Shown one piece after another: positions 9,928 to 21,900 of a DNA stretch of 64,000 nt. How positions within the stretch are numbered: the first letter of the stretch is position 1; each line of letters opens with the position of its first letter. The notes beneath the pieces were generated by a model. The model worked only from the letters and a program-made list of their open reading frames with translations. It had not been told where the DNA came from and did no database searches. The stretch is from an uncultured virus (IMG/VR IMGVR_UViG_3300032268_000397). Lineage: Duplodnaviria; Heunggongvirae; Uroviricota; Caudoviricetes. The translations under genes were made by a program, and so were the position numbers. The stretch lies in the IMG/VR virus record IMGVR_UViG_3300032268_000397, one strand, 5' to 3'.

Positions 9928-12900
9928 TTATAATACAGATGTTCTTCCTAGTTTAATATTACCAACGTTATTTATTTTTATACTCTGCAATTGTTGTCCT
10001 AAATCTTGCATTAACTGTTGCTTTAATCCATCGGCCATGCTTTGTAAGAACTGGCCTCCATTAATATTAAGATTTACATCTCCCATCTTATGAGAAACCT
10101 CAGTATTGCCTAGCTTTCCAACTTGATTTGAGAAACTTTCCATAAATCCATCAAATCCTGACATGAATTTGCCGAGTTGCTTAGAAAGTTTTTGTACGTC
10201 AAAATTAACATTTGATATACTTTGTTCATTTTGAACCATTTTCCTTTGAGTATCCTGAGTTTGTATTACCTGTGGACTACCAGCTAATTGTTTCATAATA
10301 TTAGGAATAGAAGTATTGTTGCTGTTTAATCTTTGTGCGCTTGCTGTATAATTACCATTATTAATAGCTCTTAAGAAAGATAAGTTATCACCACGATTTA
10401 CAGCGCCTCTATTTATTACAAATTCACCGGGAGTTAACATGGCTGGAACGGTATCTGTTCCCTTTGGAACAAAATTAATAAGCTGTCCTTTACTAGCATA
10501 CACGATTCCACCGCGACTTCTACCTTGTGGTTGATTACTTAAAATATCTGTATTCAAACCTCCATTTTCTATTGTTACAGTAGCTTTAGCAATATTCATG
10601 TCTGCACGCGCTAATTCCATTTGTGCCATTTCAGCACCAGCGGCACCAGCTTCACCTAGTAATCCACCATATTCCCTTAGTCTTCTACTACTAGCCTCTT
10701 CCTCTGGAGTAGTACCAGCTAATATTTGCGCCATTCTTGGATTTTGTATACCCCTAGCCCCAAGTGAAGCCATAGCAGAACTTTCTAGTAATCCACCAGC
10801 CCCAGATATTCTCTGACCAAATACTTCAGTGACTCCAGCTTCTTTTTGAGATTGTAAATTCTGATAAGCTCCAGATAATGCTTGACCACCAAACTGACCA
10901 ATAGCTGCGCGATTACCACTTGCTATAGCTGCGGTTGCGCCAACAGAAGCCTGTTGCTCAAAGAACTTATCAATATCTCCAGACAATAATGATTCTAAAG
11001 AACTTTTTTCTAACTTATTTTTTTCCTTAGTAAGTCTTAGTTGTTCTTCTTCTGCGGATATTAAATCTTTAATTAGTTTTACTTGATCCTGCTGGGCTTT
11101 CTTGAGATTTTCTCTCATTCCTTCATCTTTTACGCCCTCTGGGCCAGAGACTTTGCCCTGCAAAGCTTTTTGCTCTAATCCAGAAAAATTTCCACGAATT
11201 TGATTTAATCCAGCGCGTAAAGATGCAGGGTCTGAACCTCTTATATCATTTAATCCAGCAGCCCTTCTTCCAACATTTGCGCTTTCTAATGCTGCTTGTT
11301 TTCTTATTTCTGGAGTGACGGCTTTGCCGCCATATTTGGCTTGTATATCAAGACCTTCTAAGGTTAATGAAATAGCTTGACGTTGAGCTTCGACTAAAGC
11401 TCGTTCAGATTCAATTCTTTGTTTGTATAAAGGACTTAATTCAGCATTTACCTTTTGCAAATCAGATACCATCTGCATCGCCTCTTTACTCATACCAACA
11501 CCAGCCTCTTCTAGTTTCTTAGTTAAGAAACTATAATCACCGGCAGCAACTTTTTCTAGTTCATCGGGAGTAAGCTCAATATCGCCTAAAGCATCACCAA
11601 TTCTTTTACGAGCCTCTTCACCAATTCCAGAAGCCTTTAATTGATCATCAACTAATTGTTTAAAGTCTTCTCCAACTTGTTTTGCGCTCATTCCAGTATA
11701 TCCTCTAGCTTTAACTTTATCTCTTACTTGATCAAAAATTCCACTAGCATTTCTCTGGACTTGAGCTAAAGCTGTAAGATTTTCTTTAAATTTGGAAATT
11801 TGTTGATCACTAGCGCCAAGAGAGGCCATAGTTCCTGCAACATCACTTAAAGCATTATTAAAATCAGTTGTACTAATGTTTGCTCCAGCAGAAGTAAGAG
11901 AAGCTGCCAATGTATTAGCAGATTGAGCAACAGCCAAATTCCCAGCTTGTAACCCAGCAGTAAAATTTGTAACAGAATTTACAGCAGCACCAGTTATAGA
12001 AGTTACATTTCTCAAGCCAAGATTCATTGCTTCAAATTGTTTTCTAGCAATTTCAACGTCTTTGGCAGTATTACCAAAAGCTTCTTTAAGTAATTTTAGT
12101 TCTTCTGGATTTTGATTGTATATTGCTTGTAATTCTTTTGGTAATGTAGCAAAAAAGTCAGCGAAATTTCCGCCAGCTACAGCTATATTTCTAGCTTGAG
12201 CATTGATAGCTGGTGCGGCGTCTGACAAAACTTTATCTTTATTCTTATTAGCTTCATCAATTGCCTTATCTTTGGCTTTTTTCTCTCTAGTTGTATCTTC
12301 CGGTAAAGCTTCTGCTAAGAATTGAGCATTGGCAGCAGATTTTGCCTGTCCAGAAAATTGATTCAATACTTCTTTTGCGCTCTTTCTACCTTCTGATAAG
12401 TCTTTAAGAGCTTGTGTAGTTTGTTTAGCTTGATCTTGCATCAATTTCATTGTATGAGAAGTAGCAGCAGTGGCTTGAGCAAACTGTTGAATTGTTGAAG
12501 TACTCTGTATCCAACCACCGGTTAAACTTGACCCAATATCTCTAACTCCTTTTGCAAAATTTTCCAAATTACCAGTAGCATATAAAAATATTGCGCCAAT
12601 GGCTACAACAGCGGCAACAGTAATCGCTATTGGCGCAACAAGAGAGTATAAAGCGGTTGAAACTCCAGCAAGTCCCGGTATCATTGACGCTAAAGACGCT
12701 AAGAACAAAGGCACAATTGCAGCTACCGCCACAATTCCACCAGCAAATATGCCGCCGCTATTAATAATATCTTCTTCGGCCGTTTTTCTAGCTGATAAAG
12801 TGCCAACTAATTCTATATTCCCATCCTCCATTGCCTTTTCATAGTCCGCAACTGTTGTGCTAGTAGAATACAACACGCTAGCGGCTGCGGAAAACGCAGC

Positions 12901-15900
12901 AGCAGTAATAGAAGCAATACCAGCAACAGCACCCAAGGAAGAAAAGAGTTTTTCAAAACCGATAGAAGAGCTAGATCCTCCAAATATACTTGCCAATTTG
13001 GTATCTAGCATAGCTCCTACGCCAGCAAAAGAGTTACTTAATTCTTCTGGTATTTTAGCTATATCGCCAAAGCTTTCTATTTCAATACCAGATACTTCTT
13101 CTAATACAGAAAGCGCACTGCTAATACCAGTAACGGAAGATAATACAGCACTGGCTACATGACCAAAAGCTGTATCAGCACTATCAGTAGATTGTAATAA
13201 TCCATTTAAAGCAGCACTAGCGCCAGTAAGAGCTTGACTAAATGTAAACATGCTCTTGTTAGCTTCTTTACCGCCATCCAAATTCACACCACGATTTTTT
13301 GCTTCTCTATTTATTCCTTTAAGTTGATTATTTTCATTTTCATTAATAGTTTTGACACGTTGATTATAATCTTCTTGGCTAGTTGAAGTTTGTCTAGCTT
13401 CATCTCTAGCTTTACTAGCACGATCTTGTACTGTTTTATTTGCTGAAACAAGTTCTTCATTTTTTAATTGATATCCTTGACCGCTACTAATTGCTCCTGT
13501 AACTTTACTTAAATTGTTATCAGCTTCACGTTCAGCTTTACGTTCGGCTTTACGTTCAGCAGTTTTAGCTGGGGCTTCTTCTCTAGTCTTTAATTCTTTA
13601 TTGATATTTTTTAATCTATTTTTTTCTGCTTTATCAATTTCTTCTAATCCCTTTTTGTATTCTGACGCACTAGTAGCAGTTGCTCTAAGAGCGTCTCTTT
13701 GTTCGGCAAAGTCTTTTTGTAAGACCTCTTTTGCTTGACTTAACTCTTCTGTAGACTTTTTAAACATATCACTTTTAGGTGTACGCGCTAATGTTCTAGC
13801 TTCTGCTATACCCATTTGTGGGTCTGGTGGCTGCGATTGTTGTGGCGATACTGATGCGCTAGGAGTAAATGGAGTGCTAGATGAAGATAAAGCTTGTATA
13901 GCCTTTAGTAACTCACTAAGAGTACTATTTAATGTGTCTAATACTGGATCACATAACTTAACACAATCTTCTTCTGGTAACGGTCCAGTTGATGGCACAC
14001 TGGTTGACCCAGTTGGTACACTGGTTGACCCAGTTGGTACACTGGTTGGCCCAGTTGGTACACTGGTTGGTCCAGTTGACCCACCTATATTGAAAGAAGA
14101 AGGAATAGACAGAACTTTTGCTTGATTTATTACGTCAGCAGTAGACATACCCATAGATGCCGCTTTTGTTTGAGGTCGCGGCTTTGATATATCAGAAGCT
14201 TCTAATCCTGCGTATGTGTATCCAGTTTTCCCTAAGATATTAGCTAATTGCTCCATTCCTTTTTTGGAATCCGTTGTTGATGTTATAATAGCCCTAACTT
14301 CTGGACTAGCTTTAGCAAAAAATTCTGCAAATAACTCTTCATTTGAAGCGCAATATTCTGCAATTCTTTGTGCTGATTCACCCGCTGCTTCAAAAGCTTT
14401 TATCATAATAGGCTTAACTTTTTCAACCAAGTCAAATTGAAAAGTACCTTCTGTTTTACTTGCTAGTTCTTTACCTCCACCGAGTGAGAAGTCTGCCAAG
14501 TGACCAGTTTCATGGGCAAGTGTGTTACTGTTAGCAGCAGCATTCGCTCCTTGTATTTGTAAAGCCATTGATGTCTGCCCTTGAGAATTAATGACAGCTG
14601 CACCGCGAGCTTCTTCTTTCATAGGTTTTTTAGATAGCTTCGGTGTTTGTCCAGCCTGTACATTTTCAATGCCTTGAAATCTTTTTTGAATATCTTTAGC
14701 GATTCTTGGACCTAATTGACCAATTATATCCGCAAAATCATTTGCAGCATCTTCTATATTTGCATAAGAAGTATAACCCTTTGTTCTGCTAGCATCTTTT
14801 GTATTTTGACCACCTTTAAAAAATCTTCTAACGCCACCAACACTTCCACCCCTATTCAATCCTAATGCTTTAGTAGCCTTCTCTCGTATTATAAAACTAC
14901 CAACTGGTAAATTAGCAGGAATACTATCGCTAGTACCACTTCCCGGCCCCTTGAATACGCTAATGCCACCACTAGAGAATCTTCTCATACCGTTACGGTC
15001 TGCTTGATTCATCCTATTGAGTGTTCCGTAACCTATCTTTTTAGCGGTAGCTGGTGGAACATAAGCTTCACCATTACTAACTAAAGCCGGAACTGTACCG
15101 CCAGCTTCAAAGCCAAGGCGACCACCAAAGCTCTTTCTTATAACCTCATTAGCATCAGTTATTAATCTAGGAGATTTGCTATAGCCGGTCTGTAACGTCC
15201 AAGCTGGATCAGTTGCTGGAGGCCAAGTTTCTTTTTTACCATAAAGCTTTGGGTCTATTAGCTCTGAATTAACAGTCCAATCAGATGGTTTAAGTGGAGT
15301 TTTCTTAACATCGCCTCTATTTTTAAAATAGTATTCCCATACTCGTTTTGCGTCCTCACTTACTGATGATCTATCGGATGTCAACATGGCACCCTTTTCT
15401 GTTACAGCTTCCATCAATACGTCATACAATCTTGGGCCATAACCTTTTGTGGCTTTAGATAATCCAACATAATATAGATTATCCCTCATCTTATAACCAG
15501 TAGCATATCCTTGTCTATTATCACCCTTTTGATATCCAACACTAATCATTGTGTCATCTTCAGTGATACTTATTTTGCCATATTCTTTTTCTTTTTTCTG
15601 TTCAGGTTTAGCAATTCCACCAGAAGCAAACTTTTTGGGTGGCGCTGGGGGTGGTGGGGGAGCTAAACGAGTTTTAGGACTAGATAATTGCTGAGAGTTA
15701 AAACTATACTCAGGGGTTTTTTCTTTTAATACTGATTCAATCAGTTTAATTTCTTCGTCTTGAGCAGCTTGGAATTCTTTAGCCCTATCTGGATTTTTAG
15801 CTTGAATTGATAGTTTTTTCTGACCTAATAACCACTGATAATAATGAGTTCCCGGTACTCCCCTATCTCCAGACGTTGATGATGGAAAACCCTTTTGGAA

Positions 15901-18900
15901 ACCGGGACTTTGTTTATATTGTAGATAAAAATTTCTGTATTTTGTTGTTGCTTTGCGTCTTTCGTTTATAATATCAACAATTTCGTTTGCTCTTGGAGTT
16001 CCAGATCTTTCGTCTCCCCTTATTTCAAAGCGTCCACTAATACCAGTTTCTGGAATTGTAGTATCTGTAGTGTCATAAGTTTGATTCAAAGTAATAAACT
16101 TACCCAAATCAGACTGTGCTTTTTTTGCTGCTTTTTTAATTTCTGGACCAGTACCTTTAGATACATACGCTGACCATACTGGATGATCTGTATTTGTTGC
16201 AATCTTATATCCAGAAAATAGTGATTTATTTTTACCAAACCAATCAGCAATGATGATATTATCATTATCTGTTTTGGGGTCTAGTCTCATTTTCCAACCG
16301 CTACCACCAAAATCGGTTAACTCTTTGTGTTCGCCAGCGAATTGTCCAACGCCTATACTTCTATGTCCTGGCAACTTCCACTCACCGGATGCTATCTTGG
16401 TGCCTATTGGCCACTTCTTTCTTATAGCGTCCATTTCTTTATCTTGATATATAGCTTTAGCCTGCGCTTTGGGGTCAGGCTTTTTCGGTGAGGATGGCAA
16501 CGAAGGTGGAGTTAATTGAGCTACTCCACCACCAGAAGCATATCTCGTAGCATTCTTTATATCTGTTCTTGCTTGAGCTATTCTTTCTAAGGCAGATGGT
16601 CTATATCCTATGTCATTAGAAGTATCCTGTAATGTTTTTCCTAATGCTATCTGTTTGGGTGTGGATACTATATTTTGTGGCATTAATTGCTGTGATAGTG
16701 CCGATGGATCAGTTCTTAATCCTTTTTTATTATTTTTTTCTTGTATTCTTTTTGCTAAATATTCTTTAAATTCTTCTTCATTGTATCCGTATGTATCTGC
16801 TGTCTTTTTAATTTCATTGAATTCTGAATCATTTAGTCCGGTACCCTTTTGCAGATTGTAAACGGATTGACTTAATCTTTTTGATAATGCTCCTGCGAAC
16901 GGCGATTCTCCAACACCAGATTCGTAATCTACTTTTCTTCCTGCTGCATATTTTTGTCTCTGAATTCCGGCCCCACCCAATAATTCTGTTAAGGTAGAAT
17001 CTAAAATCCCTTGTAAATTTTGATCAAGCTGCGGCGCTTTTTCTATTAAGGTTGTTAAAAATTCTTCTTTACCATTATCTTCCATTCTATCAATCCTTTG
17101 TTGAGTCATGCCAAACTTACCTCCTGCTTGAAGTAAAGCTTGATTGACTTTAGGATTGATTGGTCTGTACTCTCTAGCTTTTTTAGCAGTTGAACTTTGG
17201 GTATTTAGAACAGCAAGATTTTTTGTTAAGTCTTCAGGAATAGGGTCAGCACCCCTAGAAGAATCAAGATTTTGACGATAATAGCTTGAGAGTATTTGAC
17301 TTAAGTTGTTTGACTTATAACTTCTGCCATATACAACATCAGCACTAGAATATCCACCGCCCGCCGTTAAGGTATCAAAAGCGTCTGCTAAATCATCATT
17401 GTCTCCAGAAAATAAAGACGATACTCTATCTCTATATTTATTAAAACTATCTGCCGATTTTTTCCTTAATCCTTCAAATAGCTGATGAGTCATTTCATGA
17501 TAAAGTGTGCTATTTGGAGTATTTGAAGCATAGCTCATAGAAGGAGCAAAACTAATAGTTCCACGACCAGTAGCTGAAGAAATATTATTTTGTTCAGCAA
17601 GAGCCGCTTTTTCTGCTTCACGTTTTAGGTCTTTTAATTTAAACGACCTATTTTTAAGGCTATCTAACTCAATATTAGCTTTCTGAAATGCATCCCTATC
17701 AAAAGAGAAACTACCATCATCAAAAGTTTCAATAGGGGTTTTTGTAATCTTTTTGATTTCTTTTTCTTTTGCTGTTATAAGTTTATCTAATCCATAAACT
17801 TCTTGTTTTTCCTTTTCTCCATATCCAAATTTGGAAAGATCATAACCTTCGTATGGCCTAACTCCAGCTGCCCCCTTTTCGAATTGAGCAGCAGCAAACA
17901 TCCCAAATCCTCCACCTCTTTGATTTGCTCCAAAGTCTAATTGTAATGGTAATGCTGCTGATAAATCTTCTTGTGGTAGTCCAACAAACTTGGCAAAATC
18001 TGACATTCTATCGAAGAGTGTATCTCGACTTATTTTCTCTTTAAATGATGATGCAAATCTAGCCCTGTCAAATGGTTGTTGAGAAGCTATCTTGACTTTC
18101 TCATCATCAACCATTATTCTTTCGTCTTTAGGATTTTTATCCCATGCTAATTTAGATTTGGCAAAGTCATCAGCAGTACGCTGCTCTTCGGCATAAGCTT
18201 TTGATATTCTTGATGGAAACTTAGTTTCTCCAGTACCAAAAATTTCTTTTGTTTTTTTGATTTTGGTAGCCTCTCCACCAGCCATAAATCTTTGTATTAT
18301 TCCACCATTATTATAACCCATTACATTTTTAAGATAGGTAACTATATTATCTTTAATAGTAGAGGGGCCAGATAGAGTTCTTTTAACGTCTGTTGGAATA
18401 CTTGGATCTATATTAAAATACTTAGCAGCACCCTGCAATCCTTCTGGAAAGTCAAAACCTTTACCCTTAACGGCACCGGGGCCACCTAGCTGTTGAATTA
18501 TTTGCTCTATTAATCCACCCTGAATAGTGGCATTAGTATTAGTATTTAATCCTTGAATTGGGCTTTGCGCAGATGGTGCTTTTGATTGTCCAGCCCTAAC
18601 TATGTTGGTACCTTGACTAATAATGTCACTAACGCCTTGGCTCATGGTTGTGCTAAGTCTTGTGGCTGTAGTTTGATCCATTACGCCACTATTAACTCTA
18701 ACCATTCTTGAACTAGACAACTTATCAGATTCAATTTTAATATTTTTAGCTGCAAAAGCTTTTCCAAATAATCCAGCAGCACCAAATTCTAGCCCCTTTT
18801 CTCTTAATTTAGTTGTCTGGGCTTTAGCTGATGCACCTTGACGCTTTACCTTTTTAACATATGCAGCCCTAATAGCATCTTTAACCTTTTGTTCGTCTGG

Positions 18901-21900
18901 GGTTAGCGGCCTACGTATACCCATAATGTCATAGGCTTTAATGCCATTGACACCAGAAGCGGCTGCGGCCTCTTCTCTAGATAAAATCTTAAATATATCA
19001 CTTCTACTATTTGGGGCTACTATTTCTTTCTCTACTGTCGGTTCAGCAACAACTTCAGATTTTACTTCTTTATCAACAGCATCCTTAACTTTTTGTAATG
19101 TTGGCGATAATTGTATACCATCGCCGTTAAAAGATAAACCGGGTCTAAAATAAGAAGATGACTTACTAGCATCAACAATATGTTGCTTAATCATATCTTC
19201 AGTAACGGATACATCTACTGGTTCTTTTCTAGCTACATCCAAGCCATATATATCTGGATATCTATCACTGATTATTCTAATCAATTCATGTGCCGGATCT
19301 AGGAAAGCTTCTCTTTCAAATATATCTCTACTACTTCTAAGCTGTTGAATCTGTTTAACTAAATTGGGGTGTGACTCTTTAAACTTAGGAGTCATTCTTG
19401 TAAACGGGCCACCAGAAGCGTTTTGCAATATACTATCTACTTGTTCGTTTACTTTGCTGGTATTTGCCTGTGTAAAAATATCTAAAGCTTTTTGTACTAG
19501 TGGAACCATCATTCTGCGATTACGCAATTGTGGTTGATTAGCTTTAATAGCAGATCCAACTTTTGGCAATACGGCTAAATCTAACTTAGCATAATCTTTA
19601 TCAATTACAGCCTGCCTTGTTGCTGTACCACTAATACTATCTCCCTCAGTATCAGCTGATCTAGCTATATTATAAGGTGTTAGTCCAGCCGATCTATATC
19701 TCTCCATTACTCCTTCTGGATTTTCATTTTCTGCTTTAGATATAACAACTGGTGCATCTTTTTCCATTACCGCAAATCTTCTTCGACCAGTAGCGCCCTT
19801 TTCAATTTCAGAAATTCTTGAATTAATACCAGTTTGAGATGCGCTATTAGCAGAGGAAATCATCATCTCTGGTAAAGCCAGCTTAATTAAATCTCTTCTA
19901 AATGACGCTGGATATTCTCCATATCTTGAACCATGTTCCCTACCTTGCGATCCACCGCTCAAAGATAAATCTGGAGCTAAAGCAAATAATAAATCTTTAT
20001 GAGTAGCGTCTGGATATTTTTCCCTAACTTTAGCAAGTAGTGTACCTACAGCAGTTTCAGCGTGACCTCTAGTAAGTGGAGAAGCTGCGCCGGGGAATTG
20101 ACCTTTAGCACTAACTAATTCTGGCAATTCTTCTAAACGCTTTCTTCTTACTTGAAAACGTGGAGCGCCAGATTGATCAGTTTTTTCTCCAAGAGTCATC
20201 ACCTTACCTTTATTTGTACGATCTTCTGTCGTTCCAAATTGTGATATTAGTGACGCTGTTTGTAAGCCATAGTCTGGGTTTAAACCTTCAGTAGTTCCTG
20301 TTTCCCTACCGTATAAAGTAGGATCTTTTTGAAGATTGCGTTGTCTTTCAAATAACTTAACTAGTTTTTGTTCATCTTCAGTAGAAGAATCTTTGACGTA
20401 GATTCTATCAGCCATACCCATATAGTCTAACTTAGAATCTTTTAGGGTAGTTGTTAATGACATGACTTGATCAACATCTTTTAAATCATCTGGATGTAAA
20501 ATTTGTTTTCTAGTTGTTTTCCTTAATGTGGCATCATCTTTAGCTCCGCGACCAGTAGCAACACTGCTTTTACGATTTGCAGCAGCGCCAGCCATAACTC
20601 TAAATTTATTTAATGAGCCAGCCTGCCTTGCTTCGCCAGCTAGTTTAGACAGCTTAATAGCATAGTCAGCTTCAGATTTAGCATCTAATAGCTTCATGCC
20701 TTCAGCTACTCTTGCTGCATTTTTCTTGTCTCTAAGAACGTCACTATCTATAATACCAACTCTGCGTTGAGCAACGCCACCTTCTTCAAATCTTTGAACC
20801 CTACCACCTAAACTTAGACCTCGATAAAACTGTAATTTATGACTATCTCCTTTAGATATGCCAGAATAATATTCTAATATTCCTAAATCAACATCGTCAA
20901 TGTTTGGATCTGGTTTATTCTCAGTAAATAATGCATTTACCTGATTATCTAATATTTTTTTTGCAAGAAGTTTAGCAGTTAAGTCTTTTTTAGGCTCTTT
21001 GCTAGTTTTAAACTTGACTTCTCCCCAAGTTTCAGAACCAGCATTACCTCTTTTTACATCTACTGGGTAAGTTAAATCACCGGAGTTTGCCAAGCTTAAT
21101 TCACCTTCACTATCCTTGCCCTTGCTTCTATTTATTAATACTTGCTCATAAGCCTGCCCCCAGACTCGTTCTGCTCTAGCAAATTCTTTAGATAAAGTAA
21201 TATCTTCTTCTGAAGCACTTTGTGGATTTTTGCGAATATCTACCAGAGATTTTCTCTGCTTCGGATCTTTAATTCGTTCTATTTGTTGATCAAGAGTTAA
21301 ACTTGGATATTTTTTTCGTATATAGTCAATTTCTTCGGGTGACAGTGGCTCGTTAGCTGGCATTTGTACGATATTAGCTTTAACTTTATCGTTTAATTCT
21401 AAATGAGATGTAGGAGAGGTGGGATAAAGACTTTTAGATATTATTTTTTTCTGTGAATCTTTCAGTTGTTCAACAGTATATCCACCACTAGCAGAGCGAT
21501 TCATCTTTACTAAATTACCAGCACCATACTTTTGTACGGCACTTCTATTCATTACGACTTCACCGGGAGTCAACATCGCCGGTACACTATCTTTATTTCC
21601 AACGCCGGGAACCATTCCACCCTTTTCAAAACCTAATACTCTGCCGCCGCCACTGAATCTATTAGAAGACATTCCACGCGGTATAGAAGTCAAGAAACTA
21701 CCTATGCCACGACTAATATTAATAGCCATCATAGCAGTTAGGAGTGGAATAACTGGCGTTAAAGCTTCACCAATCTTAATAAAAGCAGATGCTAGATTTA
21801 ATGCCGTATTAACAAATATTTGAAACCCCTTACTTTCTGTTACCCCTCTAACAAAAGCAAGAAATTCTTCTTTTACTTTAGTAATACGAATAGCTAATGC

